Assembly (NCBI RefSeq): GCF_016432865.1
Contig: NC_067401.1
Coordinates: 147,622,001-147,686,000 of the forward strand
DNA length: 64,000 bases
DNA from: Antechinus flavipes
Lineage: Eukaryota
Direction: 5' to 3'
In this document: positions 28,035 through 39,263 of the stretch, one piece after another
Position numbering within the stretch: the first letter of the stretch is position 1
Layout: each line of letters opens with the position of its first letter
Program-made: the position numbers and the translations under genes
The notes under the pieces: generated by a model
What the model saw: the letters and a program-made list of their open reading frames with translations, nothing else
Database searches by the model: none
What the model was told of the DNA's origin: nothing

Positions 28035-31000
28035 TTAGGAGTCGTTCTTGCTCTCCTGCCCATGTCCTTGGCTCCCCTTCCCTTGCTGATGTTCCCTCTC
28101 CTGGTGATACTTCCTCTGCTTCTGGATGGCTTGCTCTAACAAAGGCAGGTTTATCCCCTCCACACAGGTCAGTACACGAGCTTTTACCATGGAAACCATA
28201 TCTGAAAGACACAGACAGCAATGTGAATGGCTTTGGAGCACAGGAGCCATCATTACATCCTGGCAGCTTCCTACCTTGACCAATATCCCGTATCTTAGCA
28301 GCTGGGGGAGGGGGAAGAGAGAATCAATAGCATATAGGATGCTAAAATAACCTAAAGATCCTTTATCCTCAAATTAAAAGTTGAGATCTGCAGGCAGGAT
28401 AAGACAATGGGGAAAAGGGGGACATGTGTTTTGGGAAGGAAAGGGTAACTTGAGGACTTTGGGGCATGAGGTTATCCTTGCTTCCTCCCCTCCTCAGGCT
28501 ACTATTTACTTCCAGTATCTCTCCTCTCCCATTTTCAGGACCCCTGTGGGAGGTGACTCAAGGACCCCCCTGAATGTGGGGAGAGCTTCTTGTGACTCAC
28601 TCAGATCTGGGTAACAGAAGGCACAAAGGATGTATCAGTGGTCTCAAGGAGGCTCCATGACTTGTTGCTTGGGTACTCTCAGATCTCAATGTATTGTTTA
28701 TTTGGTAGGAGGGATTCCAGCATCCACTCCTCTCCCAATCTGCCTAATGTTTGATCTTATCTAAGGGCTTTTCTATACTTCTTAATGTATACTATGGAAC
28801 CTGGGTCATTAAATTTACATTTGGCCTTTGAATTCTAATAGCTCACTATGTACTGGATGCCTGTTTTCTTTTAGTCTTTGCTAAGGTTTGAGGATAGGAA
28901 ATGGGGGCGGATAATAATAATAATAGTAATTATTTACTTATATTTAATACCTGTTAGTTTACAACTCATGACAAACTAACTTAACAACAACCTTGGGCTA
29001 AAAGCAGTGTATTACTATCATCTCCATTTAACTGATGGGGAAACAGTCTCAGAGAATTGGAGTGACTTACCATCATCACAAAGCTAGCAACAAATGAGAA
29101 CTGAACTCGAGCTTTCTGGTTCAAAACTCTTCCTTTATGCTAGCATTATCCTGCCTTTCCAAGAACGATAACTTTCTTCTCTAAGCAAGAGACTCAAGTT
29201 GTCTGCTGACAAACACTTCCCATCTAATTCAAACTATATAAGGAAAAAAATATTCCAAAGCAGAAGAAAAATGGAAGCTGTGTGAAGAGAGTTATGTGGG
29301 TGGACTGTGAGATTTTTTTCTTTTTTGTGTGTTTTTAATATTTATTTTTGTTACATTTGAGTTCCAAGATGTTCCCTTCCCTCCCTCCCAACCCCGCAGT
29401 TCCAGAACCTGAATTTACAACAACCCCTGCTACTACTCAAGGTGAACAGCAACTGCTCCAAACACAATATTATATAAATGTATATAGCCAAGATTTCCAA
29501 ACAAATACTGTAGGGGTTGGTTATTTATCTCCTTTGGCATGGCATTGTGGAACTCCACGGTTTACAAAGCCTAACACAGTACCATTCTCGTGGAGGCACC
29601 TAAAAATGTCCAGTTGAATTGTCATTAAAAGGGGTAGGAAATTGAAAATCAGGACACCTAAGTTTTGATCGTGCCACTAGGTGGTGCAGTGTACAGAGTG
29701 CTGGGCCTTGGAGCCCGGAGTTTAAAGTGGATTCAGACACTAGCTGTGTGACCCTGGGAAGTCATTTAACTGTTTGTCTCAGTTTCCCCATCTGCAAAAT
29801 GAACTGGGAAAAAAAAAAAGGGAAACTACTCCAGTATCTCTGCCAAGAAACCCCCAGGTGGGATCACGAAAACATGACTAAAATAACTGAACAAGTTTTG
29901 ATCCCAATTTTTCTACTAACTAGACATATGACCTTGAACAAGGATAATGATTCATGAAAGTGTATGAGGAAAACCCAAGACTTGGCTCCCTGCTGTCCTG
30001 AGCCTCGGGGAGAACAAATGAAATGTTCATTTGAATATTTTCGGTGTTTAAAGCAGGCCACTGAATCTTTCCCTTGATGTCCCAAATCCCTATCCTGTGA
30101 GTAGCATAGCCTATAAAGACCTTTCAAAAGGCTCTTATTGAGGTGGTTATTTCTTAATCATCATCATTTTGATCTCATTTTAAACAATTATGTACAGAAG
30201 GAGTCACTGACTCCAAATGTTTATTAAATTAGCAGCTAGTTTTATTGCTTCTATAAATTCCTCAGACCAACCTAATAGGATTATATTCTTTTTAATCTCA
30301 AGCACCTTGAAAATTAGCTCATAAATGTGTGCATACAAACATATATATAAATATACATGTACATACACACACATACACATATATATGCCTATATGTACAC
30401 ATATACCCTATTCAGATTGATTACAGTTTTTACTGCCAGTGGAGAGAAGATAGGATACTGGAGACTAACAAATACAAAAAAAAAAAAAAAAGGCATGAAT
30501 AAAAACATTGTTAAAATGCAGAGTAAAAAACAAAAACAAGTACACAATGGGATGCAAATTGTGGTACTATCTTATTAAATGTATATAGGTGTGTACATTT
30601 TTTATATGCATATATATATCATATCTTTTTTAATTTATATAGAACAGAATTTCAGTTTTTTTATATAACCTTACTATATACTGAAATGTTTTCATTTGTT
30701 GCTGATTATTTACCTTAATAAAAAAATTGAAAATAACACATACACTATTTTAAAAAATTGTTGAGTACTTGTTCTGAGATTGCTATAGCTATGATTCTAA
30801 GCATGCAATCACATTCAATTTAAAAAAAAAAAAAACATTAAATGCACAAGCTGAAAAAATAAAATTAGGTTACCACAGATTGCTAAGATTCCTTCCATCT
30901 CACATTCTGTTTTTCCAGTTCAAAGGTTGCTCTCCCTATGGGTGACAGGCCATGTGAATCTAGTTGGGGGATGAAGTGGGGTATTCAAGAAGATACTTTA

Positions 31001-34000
31001 CAGATTGATGGATTGTACGGAAGTGACTGATTTTAAGTGACACAATAAAGGAAAAGGTATTTGAGGTTTAAAACGGTAATATTTCTGGTTTCCCATTCTA
31101 GTCCTCTCTTAGTACTTCACTAAATACACTATTAGTACCATTAGACTGTGAACTCTTTGCAGGCAAGGACTGTTTTTTGCCTTTCTTTAGAGTACCAGTG
31201 CCTGGCACACAGTAGGTGCTTAATAAATGCCTATTGCCTAACTGAATGACCAACAGACATGGCTTCCCATTCTATGTCATTCTGGGATGTTTTCTGAGCT
31301 GGAAATTATCAGCAACTCCATGCTAAAAATGTGTGGGGCAAAAAGCCCTGAATTTGGAATCAAAAGATCTGGGTGTGAATCTTGTTATTTCTAAGTTATT
31401 TCCACTCTCTGCATTTCAATTCACAGAATAGAATTTGACAGTTGGAAGGGACCCTGAGAGCCATCAGGTCTAACCCATGTATGAAAGGAATGCCCATTAC
31501 AACTTAAGAGACAGTGATTGTCCTTCCTCAGTTTAAAGACCTTCATTAAGGGGACCCCTGCACAGCTCTTAAATCAGGCCATCCCACTTCTGAGCCACTT
31601 TAACTGCTACAAAGTTTTCCCCAATACCACAGTTTTCTCTTAAATAAAATAAGGAGGGCCTGAAGATGCTCGTGCTTCAATATCCTTCGAGACCAAGTCT
31701 AGCCTTCTTCCTTCACTTGCAGCCAGCTAGCATAAGTCCCGGGATGAGCTGCCCTGGTAAGTGGGGCACATGTCACATATAAGCACCATTCTGTGGTGAC
31801 CCAAAGAGCAATCTACGTATTACAGAGTAAAGTAGTCCTTTTGAGCAATAGAAAAAACTAAACCAAATCGGGAAACTGCATGGCCCTAAATGGCCTATAT
31901 TGGTAATCTACGTGGGGAGGAAACTTGATGTACCGAAAAGATAACTAGATTTGCAATCTAAAGAAGAAGACTTAAGTCATAACTTTTTTTACTAGCTGTT
32001 GCTATTATCTCTATTTTGTTGTTTCCCAGTCATTTTTCAGTTACGTCTGACTCTTCATGACTCCATTTGGGGTTTTTTTGGCAAAGATACTAGAATATAT
32101 TGTCATTTCCTTCTCCAGTTCATTTTACAGATGAGAAAACTGAGTCATACAATTTTAAGTGAATTGCCCAAGATCACAATGCTAGTAAGTGTCTGAAGTC
32201 AAATTTGAACTCAGGTCCTTAAACGTGGCACTCTATCCACTGTGTCACTTAGTTGCCCTATTTCCATTTTACAGATGGGAAAAACTAAGGATGATAGAGG
32301 TTAACTGACTTGCTCAGAGTCACAAAGTTATTAAGTGTGTGAAGCAGGATTTGAACTCAGGTTTTCATGCTTCCAAGTCCAGCCCTCTATCCACTTTCCA
32401 TTTAGTTCCCTTTAGGAAAGATTTAGGATCTATGTTCTAGTCATGGACTTCCTTACTTAGGAGCTATGTGACTGGACCATACCATTGTGGAAACATATTA
32501 AAAACCTCCTTCTTAGTTTATCTAGAATTATTAAGAAATGCTCTCTCTCTGCTCTAAAAAATCCTCCTCAAAATCCTTGAAAAATGAATAATAAATTTGA
32601 GGACAAAATGTTTCTCTTTGGGAAATGGATTAAGAGTGATAACCAAGCTTAACCCTGTTTTTTATTTACTTCATAGCCTTCCCATCTGAAGAGTGCCCAA
32701 CAGAAAAAGGAGGAAGGATCAAGAAACCAATGAAAGGAATGAGGTCTTTTTGATTACTCTAGGAGGAAGTGACCTGGTTTCTCAATTATTCTTGAATATT
32801 AACCCAGACTGTGTTTTAACATATCTTTTTCAATATTCTTATAATAAATGTCACCTAAAATTATCTTGGGGAAAAGAGCCATATGGCTCTCTCTCCTTCC
32901 ACAAGAAGAAATGTCTGAATATGTTTAACATTAAATTATATTGTCCAAATACTTGAACTTAAAACTGCAAAGTACAATGTTAGTGTTAATGTTCTTTCTT
33001 TGACACCAAAAATAACTGATATTATTTGGAGAAATAATGCATGCAAAGAACTTTGCATTATTACACTCATTATCTTACACACCCAATAATCTTGTAAAGT
33101 AAATGCTACAAGTATTACTAATCCCATTTTATAGATGGTGTTGCACTATGACATTCTGCATTCCAAGTTATTCTTAACACTGATCAAATGAACAAGATGT
33201 TTGCTAAATTCTCTTGGAAGTCTGCTTTCCTATATACCTACCTTAGTCTAGTGGGAAGAGAACAAGGGAAAAACCCAAGTGTCTTCATTCTTACACTATT
33301 AATATTGATGGTTTGTGTCAGAATTTGTGAAGCTTTTCTATTTTTGTGTTTTCTTGGGAATTTTGGTTTTAATGAATTCATCATTAAGTTATGACTTAAA
33401 GTCTTCCTCCTTAGATTTGGAGTCTCCCTTCTCTCTCTCTCCCTCTATGGCTTGTGGGAAAACCCTCTTCCCCCAATTTAAATTGTACTAAAATTTCCAT
33501 TTTTTCTGTGTAAAGGGAAAAAAAGAAAAGAAAATTTGCCTAGTGTAAAATATATTTTGGAAATGTAAATATCATGCCCAACAGAATAGGTGATAGAGCC
33601 TTCCAAGCTTATATGAAAATTATACGCAGGACTGCTCAAATAACATGAAGACATTAATGGAATATATTTGAGGAGTTTGGGAAACAAGAATTATGATGTG
33701 GTACATGATGATGGGGCAGCAAGAAAAGGAAAGTGAGGCATTCACTGATTAGAAAACAGCCAGATGGAAGAGATTTAAGAGCCAGCTGTTTAGAAAGTAG
33801 CAGAGGGAAGGGGAAAAGGGCAGGGATTTTCTGTGGCAGCCAAAGACTGGGAGCACGGTCAGTACCCATCACCACATGGGGAGCAGGGGAGGGAGGGGAG
33901 GAGGAGAAGGGGGATTTAATGAAACAGTCACATATTAGTGTCACGGAATATTCCTGAGTGATATGAAATGAAAAACAGGAGAAATTCAGAGCACCATGGA

Positions 34001-37000
34001 AGACTTGCAAATACCAGGAGAATAACATAAAAACTATAATGATGTGAACAAATCAAATTCAAAAGAAGCTCAACTTGAATTAAATGCAAATATTGATTCA
34101 AGAGGACAAATAAAAAAGATCTTCCTACTAGTAGTGAGGAAGGCAGTTTGGGGGTGGATGGAGGTATTTACAGATACCAAATATTGCATAAATGGTAATT
34201 AGGTAGGACAATGGATAGAGCACAGGATTTGGAGTCAGCAAAACTTGAGTTCAAGTCCAGCTTCAGAGATTTCTTAACTATGTGATTCTGGCCAAGTTAC
34301 TTAAGCTGTGCTTGCCTCAGTTTCTTCAAGTCTAAGATGGAGATAATAATAGCACTCACCTTCTGGGAGGTTGTGAGGATCAAACAATATATTTGTAAAG
34401 CACTTAGCACAGTGCCTGACACATAATATGCATTATATGTTTTCTTCCTTCCATCTTTCCTTTCCTTCTTCCTTCACTTCTTCCATCTTTCCCTTTTCCT
34501 TCCCCTTTCTCTTCCTTTCCTTCATTCTTTCCTTCCCAAATTCAGTCCTGGTATTCATTGGTTTTGCTTGCCTGTTTTTCTCTGTTACAAGAGAAGGTTC
34601 TTTTAGGAGGAGAGGAGAAAGAAGGATACATCAGGAAATGATTATGGTATTTAAGAAAGGGACATCATTAAAAAGTAAAAAGAAATACCACTGGATTTGG
34701 AGTCACAAGAAATCTTAATTCAGATTCTGGCTTTAACATTTCTCAAGTGTGTGACTTTGAGTAAAACATTTCCCATTTTCCCCAATATTTCCCAAGTGTA
34801 AAAAATAACACTTGCAATGACTTCTTTATGGGATTGTTGAGAGGGAAGCATATTATATGCTTAACACACACACGTTATGTGTGCATACATATGCACACAC
34901 ATATATATACAAATAAACATACCTATATATGCATGTATATTTATCTATCTATATCTATATTCATATGCTATTAATATTTGGGGGGGTGTATTTCTAGACT
35001 AGAGAAAAGAAATTCAGATCTGCAGACAACAATCTCTTCTTAAGAGAATGAAAAACAGAGTAGAATATCATGAATTTTGAAGGAATATGAGATATTCTTG
35101 AAATCTGTTGGGTGGGGTTTGGGAGACAACTGTCAGAAAGGACCTGGACTTCTTGAGAATCACAGACACTGAAAGGGGGAAAAAATATCCCAAACATCAC
35201 TGTCATTTAAAACTGAAATAAAAACACAGATAGATACAGGAAATGAAAACACAGGTGGTGTAAAAGCTGGTTGGGCTGGATTAAGGTGGGTCTAAGTGAA
35301 TCAGACACTTCCTTATATGCAGGATTGAGGGGAGGGGCAGCTAGGTGGAACACTGGATAGAGTGCCAGATCTGGATTCGGGAAGAGCTGGGCTCAAACAC
35401 GTCAGACACTGTGTGTGACCCGGGACAAGCCACTTTACCGCTTGCCTCAGTTTCCTCATCTGTAAAATAAGGGGGAGAAAGAAATGGCAAGCCAGTGTCT
35501 CTGCCAAGAGAACTTTAAATGGGGTCAAATGCCTGAAGAACAAAAAGAACGTAGTGTGTGGAAGTTCTCCGTGTATATTGTGAAATCTTAATGCCTAACA
35601 GGGGCTTTGAACCCTGCCCAGACAGCACTTAAGTTGGCTAAACACGTTGATAGATGTTCTGTGACTACAACCCTAAACCTTAAAGTAAAAAGACCGGAGT
35701 TCAAATCTCATTTCAGATAGTCCCTGGGCTAGACCTTATGTCTGCCTCAGTTTCCTCATCCATAATATGGGAATAAGAACAGCATCTACATCCCTGGACT
35801 ATTGTGAAGTGCTTTGCAAATTTTATAATGCTATTATTGCTACAGAGGAGGAAGGAGTGGGGTTGGAAGAAAACTTCCCCCAAGTACTCTCCTCAGTCAT
35901 TGAGTGGTATCAGTGGAGTCAACCTGTGGCAGAAGGCTGGGAAGTCTTTTGTTTAAAGGTCCGAGACCTTTTCATTTATGTCTTTATATCTAGATGATTC
36001 TCCTCATTTTGCAAGTGTCCCTATATTTTTCTGAATTCCTCACATTGGTTATTTTTGATCACTGAAGTATATTTCATGATACTGATATCTGACTGCTTTA
36101 TTCAAGCAATGGCACTGACTTTGCTTCTGGCCTTCAGCTACCATAGAAAATCCTGGTTCTAGTTCCAATGATCTTGTGATGAAGAGAGCTATCTACACCC
36201 AGAGAGAGGACTGTGGGAACTGAGTGTGGGCCACAACATAGCATTTTTACTCTTTTTGTTGTTGTTTGCTTGCATTTTGTTTTCTTTCTCTTTTTTTTCC
36301 CAGTTTGATTGAATTTTTCTCATGCAGCAAGCTAATTGTATAAAAATGTATGCATACATTGGAGTTAACATATATTTCTACCATGTTTAATATTTACTGG
36401 ACTACTTGCCATCTAGGGGAGGGGGAAAAAGGGGAAATTAGAGTGTTCTGATTTGGGGGAATTTTTTTCCCCAAGGTTTTGTAAGGTTTAAGGTGGAAGA
36501 AGTACTCATGCATATGTTTTTAAAAAACAAAAAGCTTTTTTAATTAAAAAAATTAAAATAGCCTATAAGCAAAAAAAAAGTAAAATAAAACGAGAATATT
36601 GGAGAAAAAAAGAAAAGAAAATCCTGATCCTTTTTCACTCTCCCTGCCTGCTCTCTAAACAGTATCTTTTCTAATATTACCAGTCAATTACAAGTAAAAA
36701 TCTGAGATCTCAAAGAACAGATATCAGAAAGGACTATTCCCTCTCTGCTCCCTTTCTCTCCACTGACTAGCCGAAGCTTTGCAAGGCAGGGACTATTTGT
36801 GTACCTTCATGTTTGTATGAATTTTTCCTCTTCTCTGACCACCAAGGCCACCAAGCCTATGAGCTTTAAAATTTCACTCTAATTCGTTGTCTCTCTGACA
36901 CCCTTCCTCTGAAGAACCCACAGGGGGTCACCTGGAGTCCTGATCTCACTGGGGACATGTTGTGCGTATGGTTGGCTACAGAACAAGGTCAAGGTAACAC

Positions 37001-39263
37001 TTGAGGGCAGTGCTCCAAAGTTTGCAATTATTTCATCTTTGCAAAAGGTCATTCTCCCTTATCCCTATACTTGCTAAAAGTCAGCGGTAGAAGTTGGACA
37101 TCTGTAAGCTTGAAGACTTAAATAGGATTATAAATTAAATTAAAAGCCATTTCAATTTAATTAAACTGTTGACTTTGATCGTATTCTGGGTGTATGTTCT
37201 TTCCCTCCTCCACCTAGTTGAAAAGCAGTATGTCAAAGGGTGAGATTACATAAAGCGGTCAGGGGCAGAGTCCTACTTATTGCTGATGAAATCAGATCCT
37301 CAGTGCATCCCTGGAAGGTCAAAGTCCTTAGAAACCACTATTACCCTAGTTTCTCCACAGGAGAAGGAGCAAAGTCCTAGGAATTAGCAAACAAACACAA
37401 GGAGGCTCCTTATTCTGACCACTTTTATTCTCAATTCCTGTAAAATGCTTGAAGCTTTTCTATTCCCTACACCCCCACTGCCACCTCCATTCCCCTCTTC
37501 CACCCTCTCTCCTTGCCTTATTTCTCCCCTTGCCTGGACCCTCTCCTCGCTTCCTCTCCATCCCTTTCCCTCTTTTCTTGCTTCTAACTCAAGACTTTGG
37601 GGACACCTTCGAGCCTCACCTGAGAGCCAGCACTTTGCCCACCGTTACATGAGGGAGTCTCCGAGCTCTAAGGCTGCCTCGGCTCCCAGAGAACGCTGAG
37701 CTAAGGTTGGGCCCCAGGTAGTCCTGGCTCCTCAGAGGATCCCAGAGTGCCCCTCCCAATGCCAGTGCTCACCGTCGCTCCGGTCGTACTCCCCCAGCAC
37801 CATGTACAGGGAGCCTGGCTGGGCTTGGAATGGCTCCACCAGCTTGGTGCAGACATGGACCTGATGCTGGACCGATTCATGCTGAGCCACCAAAGTCACT
37901 CTGGACCGAACCATATCATAACACTGGAACCTGAAATTTAGTGAAAGGAAATTTGTTACCACCTTCCTCAGGGCCCCTTATCAGCTGCACAGAGACATCC
38001 TTTTTTTTTCTTTCAAGTCTTGAATTCTTTTTTTATTTTATTTTTTAATTTTTAAAGTCTTTTTATTTTCAAAACATATACATTGATAATTTTTCAACAT
38101 TGATCCTTGCATAGCCTTGTGTTTCAAATTCCACCCCCCCACACCTTCCTTCTCCCTCTCCCCTAGATGGCAAGTAATCCAATATATGTTGTACACAATT
38201 TGTGTAAAATATATGTTAAATCTAATATATATAAACATATTTGTACAATTCTCTTGCTGCACAAGAAAGATCAGATCAAAAATGAAAGAAAATGAGAAAG
38301 AAAACAAAATGCAAGCAAACAACAACAAAAAGAATGAGAATGCTATGTTGTGATCCACACTCAGTTCCCACAATCCTCTCTGGGTGTAGAGGGCTCTCTT
38401 CATCACAAGATCATTGGAACTAGTCTCAATCATCTCATTGTTGGAAAGAATCAAGTTCATCAGAATTGATCATTGTATAATACCGATGTTGCCATGTACA
38501 ATGATCTCCTGGTTCTGCTCATTTCACTCAGCATCAGTTCATGTAAGTCTCTCCAGGCCTCTCTGTATTCATCCTGCTGGTCGTTTTGAAGTTTCTTACA
38601 GAACAATAACATTCCATAGCATTTATATACCATAATTTATTTAGCCATTCTCCAACTGATGGGCATCCACTCAGTTTCCAGGTTCTTGCCACTACAAAGA
38701 GGGCTACCACAAACATTCTTGCACATGTAGGTCCCTTTCCCTCCTTTAAGATCTCATAGAGACATTCTTTTTTTTTTTTTTTAATAACTTTTTATTGATA
38801 GAACCCATGCCAGGGTAATTTTTTACAGCATTATCCCTTGCATTCACTTCTGTTCCAATTTTTCCCCTCCCTTCCTCCACCCCTTCCCCCAGATGGCAAG
38901 CATGTTGAATGGGTTACAGTATATCCTAGATACAATATATGTGTGCAGAACCGAACAGTTTTCTTGTTGCACAGGGAGAATTGGATTCAGAAGGTAGAAA
39001 TAACCCGGGAAGAAAAACAAAAATGCAAGCAGTTTATATTCATTTCCCAATGTTCTTTCTCTGGGTGTAGCTGTTTCTGTCCATCTTTGATCAATTAAGG
39101 CTCTTCATAGAGACATTCTTAAAAAAAAAAAAAAAATTTGCACAGAAGGAAAGGCTCTTAAGAACCACACTCACCTGCCAAATGTTCTCACAGTTTCTCC
39201 TTCTGGGACTGCACCAGCACTGATCTCCCAAGGAAAGTAATAGATTCCCGCTCTGGGGAGCAT
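28035..39263 (-). CDS. TEN1: CST complex subunit TEN1, complete, 137 aa
   Basis: Coding exons (minus): 39263-39175 (MLPRAGIYYFPWEISAGAVPEGETVRTFGR; acceptor at 39274), 37930-37773 (CYDMVRSRVTL...CTKLVEPF...VLGE), 28201-28035 (VKARVLTCVEGINLPLLEQAI...TAA). Phases are consistent and the total is 414 nt. Confidence 0.95.
28380..28962. mobile_element. LTR-like element related to the one at 26460-27130
   Basis: Ends GTTTACA (TGTAAAC on minus); minus-strand AATAAA near 28700; shared block 28813-28930. Confidence 0.45.
33940..34130 (+). mobile_element. CR1/L3 LINE fragment
   Basis: GAAGCTCAACTTGAATTAAAT resembles the CR1 ORF2 motif KAQLELN, followed by an AAAAAGATCTTC KKxF-like stretch. Confidence 0.45.
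36150..36610 (+). mobile_element. L1 3' UTR fragment
   Basis: AGTTCCAATGATCTTGTGATGAAGAGAGCTATCTACACCCAGAGAGAGGACTGTGGGAACTGAG. Similar plus-strand copies lie at about 3760-3905, 41715-42140, 43000-43430, 43625-44140 and 46165-46750. Confidence 0.85.
38030..38750 (-). mobile_element. L1 3' end (older copy) in TEN1 intron 2
   Basis: Reverse-complement L1 3'UTR and ORF2 end with a poly(T) at the left. Confidence 0.85.
38770..39104 (-). mobile_element. Young 5'-truncated L1 with a perfect 16-bp target-site duplication
   Basis: TCATAGAGACATTCTT at 38754-38769 and 39105-39120; poly(T) tail; TT/AAGA endonuclease-type site on the minus strand. Confidence 0.9.

Noticed and set aside
29396-29640. 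RPSA retrocopy (PEFT similarity) or ND6 NUMT
   Set aside because: Similarity is limited to a few residues and does not extend in DNA or protein.
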